A stretch of DNA of 51,728 nucleotides from Betaproteobacteria bacterium (GTDB lineage: Bacteria; Pseudomonadota; Gammaproteobacteria; Burkholderiales; SG8-41). This document shows positions 9,228 through 17,772 of this stretch, one piece after another. The position numbers were made by a program, and so were the translations under genes. The stretch's first letter is position 1; every line of letters begins with the position of its first letter. The notes under the pieces were generated by a model. The model was not told the origin of the DNA. It was given only the letters and a program-made list of their open reading frames with translations, and made no database searches. The stretch lies in assembly GCA_032123035.1 (NCBI GenBank), contig JAQBFV010000002.1, forward strand, positions 1-51,728. Reading direction: 5' to 3'.

Positions 9228-10967
9228 TCACGAAGCTCCGTGCCGATCGATCTCCTCCCGTACCCCCGACACCGTGCGCAAAAACGGGCGATTCCCTTTA
9301 AGGGATTCTGGCAGTTTATCAAGAGCTTCCTGAGCCGCACGATAACTATTGAAGCTCCCGTAAAGAACGGTTAACCACGGTTTTCGCTTTGCTTGGGTAC
9401 GATACACAAAAACTTTATTTATTTCAACAACCTTTGCAAGATCGTTGAGATGGGACCTTAGAAATTCAGGGGCGTTGGTTCCTAGCAACTGGATGCTGAA
9501 CGTCTTGGGCGCCTCGGTTGCAAGCCATTCCTCGGTCGCGGCGACCCGAACCTCAAGGAGATCTTTAGAATCAACGGGTTTAGCTCGCACTGGCTGGGTT
9601 GCCGGCGTGACTTTGGCTTTGGGTGGGGCAGATGTGGCGGGGCTGACCGCCTGGGGCGGGGAGACCGTCGCGGCCTTGGGGGCTGGCGCCCGGGTCGTGG
9701 GCTCAGCCGCCGCAGTGGTCGCGGGTTTTTCTGGAACGGAGACCGCCGAAGGTTGCGGAGCGGGCTTCTCCTCAGGGCGTGCGCTGGCCGCTGGTTCCGG
9801 CGCCGCACGGGACGCGGATCCCTTCGCGACGGAAATGGACGGAGGCTCGGGAGCAGCTTCTTTCTCCTTGGCCGCGGGTGCCGCCATGGCCTGGTCAGCA
9901 GCTGAAACCGCGGCCGGGGTCGGACTGGCCGGGGCGCTCTTGCGGGCGGGCGCGGCGGCTACCACGCGCGGTTCCCCCTTCTTCTCGACAGGGGCGACAC
10001 GGTTTCGCGCTTCCACTGGCGACGGCGTGCCGATCAACGCCTCCTGAAACCATGCCGTCTCCTGGAACCCTGCATAGAATCCGACACCCACAGCAACGCC
10101 TATCACCAGCAGAGCAACCCCCCAAAACGGGCGCATCCCGGCTCCAGCGCTCGGCGCCGCGCTGAACTCACTGTCAGCCACCGCTGCGTCGACGTGCTTG
10201 CGCCGGATCGTGTGCGTGTTCTCAGAAAAGGCCGCAAGCAGCGTCTTGTCGGCGATCAGATTGACGCGCCGCGAGAGTCCCTGCGCGGCCCGAGCAACGG
10301 CTTTCACCACCGGCTCGGAGAACAGTCCGGGACCGCGGTAACCCGCCGCGCGCATGCGGAACATCAGGTACTCGCGGGTCTCATCTACTGAGAGTGGCTC
10401 GAGCCGGAAGCTGTGAGTGATGCGTTCGCGCAACTGGCGAATGTTGTTCTGGCGCAGATTCTGATCGAGCTCGGGTTGCCCGAAGAGAACGATCTGCAGC
10501 AGTTTGTCATTTTTCGTCTCGAGATTGGAGAGCAGGCGGATCTCCTCCAGGCTCGGCAACGGCATGCTCTGGGACTCTTCCACGAACACCACCACCCGCT
10601 TGCCCTCGGCGTGGCGCCCGAGCAGGTATTCGTGCAACGCCTGCATCACTTCCAGCCGCGACGCATCGCGCGCGACCCCGAGCTGCAGCTCGAACGCGAT
10701 CGCATGCAGGATCTCTTCGGGGGAGACGCTGGGATTCGCGATATAGACGGTCTCGACGTGGGCGGGAAGCCGCGTCTGAAGCATGTGGCACAGCATGGTT
10801 TTCCCGCTGCCCACCTCCCCGGTTACCTTGACAATGCCCTCGCCCTGCGAGATCGCATAGATGAGCGCCTCCAGCACCGGGCCGCGATTGCCGCCGCTGA
10901 AGAAAAACTCGGTGTTGGGGGTGATCTTGAACGGGGGCTGGTTCAGTCCGAAATGGCTGTAGTACAT
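9228..10967 (-). CDS. ExeA/MshM-family AAA ATPase fused to TM, Pro/Ala-rich linker and C-terminal SPOR-like domain
   Basis: 579 aa. Walker A is GEVGSGKTML. TM segment FWGVALLVIGVAVGVGFYAGF. The C-terminus FSIQLLGTN...VFVYRTQAKRKPWLTVLYGSFNSYRAAQEALDKLP resembles DamX-type SPOR domains. Confidence 0.8.
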   Translation of the reverse strand: MYYSHFGLNQPPFKITPNTEFFFSGGNRGPVLEALIYAISQGEGIVKVTGEVGSGKTMLCHMLQTRLPAHVETVYIANPSVSPEEILHAIAFELQLGVARDASRLEVMQALHEYLLGRHAEGKRVVVFVEESQSMPLPSLEEIRLLSNLETKNDKLLQIVLFGQPELDQNLRQNNIRQLRERITHSFRLEPLSVDETREYLMFRMRAAGYRGPGLFSEPVVKAVARAAQGLSRRVNLIADKTLLAAFSENTHTIRRKHVDAAVADSEFSAAPSAGAGMRPFWGVALLVIGVAVGVGFYAGFQETAWFQEALIGTPSPVEARNRVAPVEKKGEPRVVAAAPARKSAPASPTPAAVSAADQAMAAPAAKEKEAAPEPPSISVAKGSASRAAPEPAASARPEEKPAPQPSAVSVPEKPATTAAAEPTTRAPAPKAATVSPPQAVSPATSAPPKAKVTPATQPVRAKPVDSKDLLEVRVAATEEWLATEAPKTFSIQLLGTNAPEFLRSHLNDLAKVVEINKVFVYRTQAKRKPWLTVLYGSFNSYRAAQEALDKLPESLKGNRPFLRTVSGVREEIDRHGAS

Positions 10968-11006
10968 CGCCAGTTCTCCGGCCGTTATGCGTCAGGCGTC
11001 CGAGGC

Positions 11007-12470
11007 TTACTTGGAAGCAGGCTGCGCTGCCTTCGCCGTCTCGCCACCGCTGTCCGCGTAATTTTGCATTCTGCTGTAGAGCGTGGTGCGGTGAATTCCG
11101 AGCAGCTTGGCGGCCTGCGTGAGATTGCCCTGCGTAATCATCAGGGCAGCCTCGATGTAGCCGCGTTCCCACTGGCCAATCGTGTGGTCGAGATTGAAGT
11201 TCTTCTGCAGCTGCAGGTGGCGCTTCGCCGCCTCCAGCACCGATTTGAAGTCCTGACCCACCGCCAGCCCTGGCAGCTCGATGTCGAGGCTTTCCATGTC
11301 GAGCTCTGCCTGCAGCCGTTCCCCATTGATCTTTTGGCCACCGTACTTGGTGGTGAGGCGGATCGCGATGTTCCGGAGCTCGCGGACGTTTCCCGGGAAG
11401 CTGTAGTCAAGCCACAGCTCCAGCGCGTTTGCATCGAGCTCGACCGGGTCGACGCGCGCCTGGCGCGCATAGAAGTCCCGGAAATGATCGAGCAGGGCGC
11501 GCTTGTCCTCGCCCAGATCTCGCAGGGGCGGCACGCTGATGGTGAAGACAGACAGGCGGTGGTAGAGATCGGCGCGGAAGCGACCGCCACGGATTTCCTG
11601 GCGCATGTCGCGGTTGGTCGCTGCCACCACGCGGGCGTTGGATACCCGGCTCTGGGTTTCACCCACGCGCTGGTACTCGCCATTTTCCAGCACCCGCAGC
11701 AGTTTCGCTTGCAGCTCGAGCGGGAGCTCGCCGATCTCGTCGAGGAACAACGTGGAGTCCTTCGCATCCTCGAAATACCCGGAGCGTGAGGTGGTTGCCC
11801 CGGTAAAGGCGCCCTTGACGTAGCCGAACAGCGTCGGTTCCACCAGCGTGGGGGAAATGGCTGCGCAGTTCAGCGCGAGAAACGGGCGCGCCCCCCGCTG
11901 GCTCATGCGATGCAGCGAACCGGCCACGAGCTCCTTGCCGCTGCCGGATTCGCCCTCGATCAGGACCGGGAACGGCGCATTGGCGAACTGCGCAATCTGT
12001 TGCCGCAGCTTGTCCATGAGCAAGCTCTTGCCCAGCAGACCGCTATCGGCAGCGGCCCCAAGTTCCGCGTCGCTGATTTCGAGCGCGCGAAGAAGCAGGC
12101 CCTTGAGCGCCTCCGGCTCGCACGGCTTGGCGACGAACTCGATCGCGCCAAGCGTGCGCGCGTGCCGCGCATTGGTTTCGTCGCTCTGCCCCGAGAGCAC
12201 CACGATCTTGATTCCGGGCGAATGGGCAATGAGCTCGCTGATCAGCCGAAATCCCTCGTCGGGACGATGCGGTGTTGGCGGCAGGCCGAGGTCGATCAGC
12301 GCGAGTTGCGGCGCCCGATCGAGCTGGCGCAGCATGCTCTTGACGCCCGCGCGGGAGTCGGCGACGTAGACATTGAAGTCTCGCCCCAGCACGAAATTGA
12401 GCGTGTCGGTGATCAGCGGATCGTCGTCAACGATCAGCAGATCGGGCTTATTGGACTCAGCTTCCTTCAC
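11007..12470 (-). CDS. sigma-54-dependent response regulator (receiver + AAA+ + Fis-type HTH)
   Basis: 487 aa with a GTG start. Receiver domain contains LALIDLGLPP. AAA+ domain has GESGSGKE and the GAFTGA motif (VKGAFTGATT). C-terminal HTH is LTQAAKLLGIHRTTLYSRMQ. Confidence 0.9.
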   Translation of the reverse strand: MKEAESNKPDLLIVDDDPLITDTLNFVLGRDFNVYVADSRAGVKSMLRQLDRAPQLALIDLGLPPTPHRPDEGFRLISELIAHSPGIKIVVLSGQSDETNARHARTLGAIEFVAKPCEPEALKGLLLRALEISDAELGAAADSGLLGKSLLMDKLRQQIAQFANAPFPVLIEGESGSGKELVAGSLHRMSQRGARPFLALNCAAISPTLVEPTLFGYVKGAFTGATTSRSGYFEDAKDSTLFLDEIGELPLELQAKLLRVLENGEYQRVGETQSRVSNARVVAATNRDMRQEIRGGRFRADLYHRLSVFTISVPPLRDLGEDKRALLDHFRDFYARQARVDPVELDANALELWLDYSFPGNVRELRNIAIRLTTKYGGQKINGERLQAELDMESLDIELPGLAVGQDFKSVLEAAKRHLQLQKNFNLDHTIGQWERGYIEAALMITQGNLTQAAKLLGIHRTTLYSRMQNYADSGGETAKAAQPASK

Positions 12471-12503
12471 GGCTTGCCCTCGGTAACCTAACGTTATTGT
12501 ATC

Positions 12504-12518
12504 GCAAAGGCTTTTCCA
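12504..12518 (-). promoter_or_regulatory. candidate sigma-54 (-24/-12) promoter upstream of the response regulator gene
   Basis: The minus strand reads cTGGaaaagcctTTGCg, i.e. TGG-N8-TTGC spacing as in TGGCAC-N5-TTGC. The GC element lies about 34 nt upstream of the GTG start at 12470. Confidence 0.35.
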
Positions 12519-12536
12519 GGGCCGGTGCGGCGCGCG

Positions 12537-13256
12537 TCAGGATGCGATGCAGGCCAGGAACGCCTGCTCCAGGCTGCCGGCACCAAAGCGCTGCGCGAGC
12601 TCCTCCGGACTGCCCGCGAAGCGCAGCTTGCCCCCGTGCAGTACGGCCATCCGGTCGCACATTTCGGCAATATCCGCGAGCGCGTGGGAGGTGAAGAACA
12701 CCGTCCGCTTGGCCTGCCTCAGCTCGCGCAATGTTCGCTTGAACAGGGCCCTCGCCTTCGGGTCCAGCCCACCAGTGGGCTCGTCGAGGACATAGAGATC
12801 CTTGCCGGAGAGCAGGCACGCCGCGAGCCCCAGTTTCTGGGTCATCCCTTTGGAATAGGTGCGTGCTGCCTTTCCGAGCGCCGCCGGATCGAGGTCGAGC
12901 CCTGCGAAGACCTGCGCGATCTGACGATCCTCGTAGGGTTGCCCGTACAGCTTGAGCATGTACTGGAGGAAATCGCGACCCGTCAGAAAATGCGGTGGAT
13001 TGAAGCGCTCGGGCAGGAAGGCGAGCCGGCTGCGTGCGGCAGTAAGGCGGTGTCTCACCCCGAAGATCTCGATTCTGCCACTGTCGGCATCGCAGAAATC
13101 GAGCAGGCACTTGATCAACGTCGTCTTGCCTGCTCCGTTCACCCCGACCAGCCCGAAAAACTCGCCCCGCCCCACCTCGAGCGTGAAATCGGTCAATGCC
13201 GCGACCTCGCCGAAGCGCTTGCTGACCTGTTCGAAGTGCAACGCGGCGTCGCTCAT
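12537..13256 (-). CDS. ABC transporter ATP-binding protein (no cognate permease adjacent)
   Basis: Internal ATG of ORF 12537..13319 gives MSDAALHFEQVSKRFG. Walker A GVNGAGKTT, signature YSKGMTQKLG, Walker B LYVLDEPTGGLD. Confidence 0.85.
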   Translation of the reverse strand: MSDAALHFEQVSKRFGEVAALTDFTLEVGRGEFFGLVGVNGAGKTTLIKCLLDFCDADSGRIEIFGVRHRLTAARSRLAFLPERFNPPHFLTGRDFLQYMLKLYGQPYEDRQIAQVFAGLDLDPAALGKAARTYSKGMTQKLGLAACLLSGKDLYVLDEPTGGLDPKARALFKRTLRELRQAKRTVFFTSHALADIAEMCDRMAVLHGGKLRFAGSPEELAQRFGAGSLEQAFLACIAS

Positions 13257-13341
13257 GCAGTATTGCAGTATCCGCGGATTGGAGTCCGCGTTACGGTATC
13301 CCAAAGCTCGGCCTATCACAACGTGGCGCGCGCGACCCGCT

Positions 13342-14229
13342 TTACATTTGTCTCAACACGTCGGCAGCGCTGCGACTGCTGCGCCACCCGAGTTCGTGAG
13401 CGGCCCGTCGGCAATTGATGAGCAGCGTTCGCGTCAAGCCATCGACCCACGCCGGCTCCCCGCCCCAGCCGAAAAAACGCCAAGCGAGGCGTGCTCCCCT
13501 CTCCGCCACGAACAGGGGCAGCGGCAACGCGAGCCGGTGACGTCGCCGTATGGCATCGCGGAAGCTGAAGCCGTCCTCGGCGGCGAGATTGAAGGGACCC
13601 CGAACCTCGCGCTCGAGCGCGAGACACACGGCTCGCGCCACGTCGTCCTCGTGCACGCACTGCAGAAGGGGGTGCGGCTCAGGGAGGCGCACGTAGCACG
13701 GCTGGTTGAGAAGCTGCCGCAGCAGGGGCTGGGCGTTCGGCCCGAGGATGACGTGGGACCGCAACCGCACGCATTCCGGAAACTCGAGCTCCAACAGCCG
13801 CTCAAGGCGCGCCTTGTGGTGCGCGTACAGAAATCCCGGCAGGGGCTGGAGCGGCGCGTCCTCGCGCACGTGCACGCCGCTGCCATACACGGCGGCGCTG
13901 GAAAGGTGGACCAGCCGCAGTGCGCCCGCTTTGCGCGCGGCATGGAATGCCTTGAGGCTGCCCGTCACATTGATGTCAAACATGTCCCGCTCGGACATTT
14001 TGCCGCGCAGTACTACGAAGGCGAGGTGCACGAACCCGGTGTGCCCTTCCACCATCCGTTCGAGCTCCGGGCTGCGCAAATCCATTTGCGCCGCCTGAAA
14101 CTTTGGATGGTGATAGCGGGGCGGCGCGATGTCGATTCCGGTGACCTGCTCGATCCCGGGCTGCGCGCACAACCGGGGCAGCAACGCCGCTGCCAAGTGG
14201 GAGCTAGAACCGGTAACGAAAACCTTCAT
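13342..14229 (-). CDS. NAD-dependent epimerase/dehydratase family protein
   Basis: The start is chosen at MKVFVTGSSSHLAAALLPRL (Rossmann N-terminus). The ORF-track extension to 14328 only translates the upstream heptamer repeat. Confidence 0.8.
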   Translation of the reverse strand: MKVFVTGSSSHLAAALLPRLCAQPGIEQVTGIDIAPPRYHHPKFQAAQMDLRSPELERMVEGHTGFVHLAFVVLRGKMSERDMFDINVTGSLKAFHAARKAGALRLVHLSSAAVYGSGVHVREDAPLQPLPGFLYAHHKARLERLLELEFPECVRLRSHVILGPNAQPLLRQLLNQPCYVRLPEPHPLLQCVHEDDVARAVCLALEREVRGPFNLAAEDGFSFRDAIRRRHRLALPLPLFVAERGARLAWRFFGWGGEPAWVDGLTRTLLINCRRAAHELGWRSSRSAADVLRQM

Positions 14230-14238
14230 CGGCTTTAA

Positions 14239-14308
14239 GGATTCGGGATTCGGGATTCGGGATTCGGGATTCGGGATTCGGGATTCGGGATTCGGGATTC
14301 GGGATTCG
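14239..14308. repeat. perfect microsatellite (GGATTCG)x10
   Basis: Ten uninterrupted 7-bp units, counted from the sequence, lie 10 nt upstream of the epimerase ATG. A degenerate inverted partner (ctgaatccggggtcttggatcctgagtcc) lies at about 14355-14388. Confidence 0.95.
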
Positions 14309-14409
14309 GGAGACGGCGTCCCGATCACGGCCCGGCGAAGTCCATGAGCGGTTCTGCTGAATCCGGGGTCTTGGATCCTGAGTCCTGCCGCAAAGCGGGT
14401 ATCACTCCG

Positions 14410-14528
14410 CGTGCGAAGCCCGGCCGGTCAGCGAGCTCGAGCTGCGCGTGCGTCTCGGCGTAGGCCCGCGCCTCGCTCCGGCCCAACTGAGGCGAAACGG
14501 CGAGCTCGTAGAACAGGTCGAAGCGCAT
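14410..14528 (-). pseudogene. 5' remnant of a luciferase-like (LLM-class) flavin monooxygenase gene
   Basis: ORF 14325..14528 begins MRFDLFYELAVSPQLGRSEARAYAETHAQLELADRPGF, the typical LLM N-terminus. It loses similarity after about 38 residues and stops at 67 aa. The rest of the gene is absent. Confidence 0.4.
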
Positions 14529-14655
14529 GCGAGCGATGGGCCGCGGGAGGGATTATGATCCCAGCCGGTCACGCAAACTCCAACCGTCGCGCGCCGCGTT
14601 GTTGGAGCGCGACGATGTGGTTTAGAATTGAGCCCTTTTAGCCCCTCCTTCAGCG

Positions 14656-15462
14656 ATGGAAAACTTGGTTGAAATCAAGGACGTCAACTTTTCGTACGAT
14701 GTCCGTCCAGTGCTCAAGGGCATCAACATGACCGTGCCCCGCGGCAAGGTCGTGAGCATCATGGGACTGAGCGGCTGCGGCAAGACCACCCTGCTGCGGC
14801 TCATCGGTGGCGCGCTGCGGCCGACGACAGGGGAAGTGCGGGTCGCCGGGCGCCTGATGAGCGAGCTCGACCAGGACGGGCTCTACGAGATTCGCCGCAA
14901 GATGGGTATGCTGTTCCAGTTCGGCGCGCTGTTCACGGATCTGTCGGCCTACGATAACGTTGCTTTCCAGATTCGAGAGCACACCCATCTCCCTGAGAGC
15001 ATGATCCACGATCTGGTGATGATGAAGCTCAACGCGGTAGGTCTGCGTGGCGCCCAGCACATGATGCCCGCGGAGCTCTCCGGTGGGATGGCGCGCCGTG
15101 TTGCGTTGGCGCGTGCTGTGGCACTCGACCCCATGCTCATCCTGTACGACGAGCCGTTCACCGGGCTCGACCCGATTTCGATGGGCGTGATCAGCGAGCT
15201 CATCCGCCACCTCAATGACGCATTGGGCGCGACCTCCATCGTGGTCACACACGACGTCCAGGAAACGCTCAAAATCGTCGACTACGTCTATTTCATGTCC
15301 GATGGCGCGGTCGTTACTGCGGGAAAACCGGATGATATCCGCGGCTCCGGCGCGCCGTTCGTCCATCAGTTTGTCTGGGGCGAGATGGATGGCCCGCTAC
15401 CGTTCCATTATCCCGGATCCGAGTACGCAGCAGACCTCGAACTGGGGAGCGCGCGTGCCTGA
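14656..15462 (+). CDS. mlaF: phospholipid ABC transporter ATP-binding protein MlaF
   Basis: 268 aa. Walker [10 protein letters not shown] and signature [14 protein letters not shown]. First gene of an mlaFEDCB-ordered operon. Confidence 0.9.
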   Translation: MENLVEIKDVNFSYDVRPVLKGINMTVPRGKVVSIMGLSGCGKTTLLRLIGGALRPTTGEVRVAGRLMSELDQDGLYEIRRKMGMLFQFGALFTDLSAYDNVAFQIREHTHLPESMIHDLVMMKLNAVGLRGAQHMMPAELSGGMARRVALARAVALDPMLILYDEPFTGLDPISMGVISELIRHLNDALGATSIVVTHDVQETLKIVDYVYFMSDGAVVTAGKPDDIRGSGAPFVHQFVWGEMDGPLPFHYPGSEYAADLELGSARA

Positions 15463-16249
15463 GCGGTTCGTCGGCAGCCTGCGCGGCATCGGCCACCACG
15501 TCGTCAACGGGGTCTGGCGCCTGGGCTACGCGAGCCGTTTCTTCCTGCTGACGCTGCTGCGCTCGCCGACAAGCTTCCGCCGCTTTCACCTGACGGTGCG
15601 GGAGATCTACTTCACAGGCGTGCTCTCGCTCATCATCATCATCGTGTCCGGCCTGTTCGTCGGCATGGTTCTCGGCCTGCAGGGCTACGAGACACTGCAA
15701 AAGTACGGCTCATCAGAGGCCGTCGGCACGCTCGTTGCGCTGTCCCTCACTCGCGAGCTCGGCCCGGTGGTCGCCGCGCTGCTGTTCGCGAGCCGCGCCG
15801 GATCGGCGATGACGGCGGAAATTGGCCTCATGAAAGCGACCGAGCAGATCTCCGCCATGGAGATGATGGCCGTTGACCCCATCGCGCGCGTCATCGGGCC
15901 GCGCTTCTGGGCCGGCGTGATCTCGATGCCGCTGCTGGCCGCGATGTTCAGCGCGGTGGGCGTGTTCGGTGGTTACCTCATCACGGTGGTTGTCATCGGC
16001 GTCGATGCGGGCGCGTTCTGGTCGCAGATGCAAAGCGCAGTGGATGTCAGGCACGACATCGTGAATGGCGTGATCAAGAGCGTAGTTTTTGGTGTGGCGG
16101 TTACCGCGATCGCACTGTTCGAAGGCTACGACGCGCCGCCGACGGCGGAAGGCGTATCGGGGGCGACCACGCGCACTGTCGTTACGTCCTCCCTTGCAAT
16201 CCTGGGGCTGGATTTTGTGCTCACCGCGTTCATGTTTACAGGGATTTGA
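15455..16249 (+). CDS. mlaE: phospholipid ABC transporter permease MlaE
   Basis: GTG start overlapping the mlaF stop (GTGCCTGA). Polytopic protein with the conserved block [45 protein letters not shown]. Confidence 0.9.
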   Translation: MPERFVGSLRGIGHHVVNGVWRLGYASRFFLLTLLRSPTSFRRFHLTVREIYFTGVLSLIIIIVSGLFVGMVLGLQGYETLQKYGSSEAVGTLVALSLTRELGPVVAALLFASRAGSAMTAEIGLMKATEQISAMEMMAVDPIARVIGPRFWAGVISMPLLAAMFSAVGVFGGYLITVVVIGVDAGAFWSQMQSAVDVRHDIVNGVIKSVVFGVAVTAIALFEGYDAPPTAEGVSGATTRTVVTSSLAILGLDFVLTAFMFTGI

Positions 16250-16253
16250 GGCT

Positions 16254-16724
16254 ATGCAAAGAACCGTTCTTGATTTGTGGGTCGGCGTTTTCGTGGTCGC
16301 GGGCATGATTGCGCTGCTGGTGCTCGCGCTGAAAGTGGGAAACGCCAGCACGACGTTCAATGTCGGAGAGACTTATCGCGTGTACGCCGAGTTCGACAAC
16401 ATTGGCGGCCTGAAGGTGCGGGCGCCGGTCAAGAGCGCCGGTGTGGTCGTGGGAAGAGTCGACGACGTCCAGTTCGAGACCGAGCGCTACGTGGCCCGCG
16501 TCGCGATGAAGCTCGACAAGCGCTACAAGTTTCCGAAGGATACTTCGGTGTCGATCCTCACCTCTGGCCTCCTGGGCGAGCAATACATCGGCCTGGAGGC
16601 GGGCGGCGACAGCGCCGTGCTCAAGGACGGCGACGTGGCCAGGATCACCCAGTCCGCGCTGGTGCTCGAGAAGCTGATCGGCCAGTTCCTGTACAACAAG
16701 GCGGCCGAAGGCGGGACGAAATAG
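16254..16724 (+). CDS. mlaD: MCE-domain periplasmic component MlaD
   Basis: MQRTVLDLWVGVFVVAGMIALLVLAL (TM anchor), then MCE-like YRVYAEFDNIGGLKVRAPVKSAGVVVGRV. Confidence 0.9.
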   Translation: MQRTVLDLWVGVFVVAGMIALLVLALKVGNASTTFNVGETYRVYAEFDNIGGLKVRAPVKSAGVVVGRVDDVQFETERYVARVAMKLDKRYKFPKDTSVSILTSGLLGEQYIGLEAGGDSAVLKDGDVARITQSALVLEKLIGQFLYNKAAEGGTK

Positions 16725-16779
16725 GGCCCGGTCGCGAGCGAGCGTCCGAGCAGGTATCCATAAACTAGTCGCGAGTGAA

Positions 16780-17418
16780 ATGATGATCAGGAGCTTGTTG
16801 TTTGCGGTGCTGGCAACTGTGGGTTCATCCGGCCTGCCGCTATACGCGCAGGGCATGGTGGCGCCGGACGTGCTAGCCAAGAGCGTGACCGACGAGGTAA
16901 TCACGATCCTGCGTTCGGATAAGGACATCAACGCCGGCAATCCGGGCAAGTTGATGAGCTTGATCGAGACGAAGGTGCTGCCGCATTTCAATTTCACGCG
17001 GATGACGCGGCTGGCGGTGGGCAAGAACTGGCGGAAGGCAGACCCGCAGCAGCGGGGGGGGCTGGTCGAGCAGTTCCGCATGCTGCTGGTGCGCACCTAC
17101 GCTACCGCCTTCACGTCGTATCGCGACCAGACGATTACCTACCGGCCATTGCGCATGCGACCGGAAGACGACGATGTGGTGGTCAAATCGCAGGTTGTTC
17201 AGCCGGGCCGCCCGCCCGTGGCAGTCGACTACAACATGGAAAAAACCAGCAATGGCTGGAAAGTCTACGATGTCGCGATCGAGGGCGTGAGCCTGGTGCA
17301 GAACTACCGCAGCACCTTCAACGGAGAGGTCCAGCGCGCCGGAATCGATGGGCTGATCAAGGCGCTCGACAGCAAGAACCGGCAGCTTGCGCAAAGGACC
17401 CAGGGCGCCAATCAATGA
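16780..17418 (+). CDS. mlaC: periplasmic phospholipid-binding protein MlaC (Ttg2D family)
   Basis: 212 aa with a signal peptide. Block HFNFTRMTRLAVGKNWRKADPQQR...WKVYDVAIEGVSLVQNYRSTF is typical of MlaC. Confidence 0.85.
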   Translation: MMIRSLLFAVLATVGSSGLPLYAQGMVAPDVLAKSVTDEVITILRSDKDINAGNPGKLMSLIETKVLPHFNFTRMTRLAVGKNWRKADPQQRGGLVEQFRMLLVRTYATAFTSYRDQTITYRPLRMRPEDDDVVVKSQVVQPGRPPVAVDYNMEKTSNGWKVYDVAIEGVSLVQNYRSTFNGEVQRAGIDGLIKALDSKNRQLAQRTQGANQ

Positions 17419-17696
17419 TCGAATGTCGCGAAGGCCGTTGCACCCTGCGGGGGCCAGTCACCATCAATAACGTCGTCGCACTTCTCGGCCAGGGCACCGG
17501 GCTGTTCACGGCACCGGAGGTCACGGTCGACCTGGAGGGCGTCACGGAGGTGGATTCCACAGCGGTGAGCCTGTTGCTCGAGTGGCGGCGGGAGGCCGGG
17601 CGCCAGGGGCGCCGCATCCATTTCGCCAACCTTCCCGGTAATTTGATGAGCCTCGCCAAGCTCTACGGCGTCACCGAATTGCTGAGCGAGGGCTGA
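17415..17696 (+). CDS. mlaB: STAS-domain protein MlaB
   Basis: 93 aa. ATGA overlap with mlaC. STAS-like VDLEGVTEVDSTAVSLLLEWRREA. Confidence 0.8.
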   Translation: MIECREGRCTLRGPVTINNVVALLGQGTGLFTAPEVTVDLEGVTEVDSTAVSLLLEWRREAGRQGRRIHFANLPGNLMSLAKLYGVTELLSEG

Positions 17697-17708
17697 GCCC
17701 CGCCCAGC

Positions 17709-17765
17709 AATGAGTAATGGGTCTTAGGTGGTTTTACCCATCACTCATCACCCATTAGTCATCAC
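17709..17765. repeat. short hairpin element of the GTAATGR / YCATTAC heptad type
   Basis: 17711-17722 tgagtaatgggt pairs with 17750-17761 acccattagtca (12 bp, 1 mismatch). It lies between mlaB and the next ABC gene. Confidence 0.6.
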
Positions 17766-17772
17766 GCGCTAA

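Noticed and set aside
14230-14328. N-terminal extension of the epimerase (GTG at 14328) giving a (PESRIPN)x3 repeat peptide.
   Set aside because: The extension is only the translation of the GGATTCG microsatellite. The Rossmann-type N-terminus MKVFVTGSS starts at 14229, and no SD precedes the GTG.
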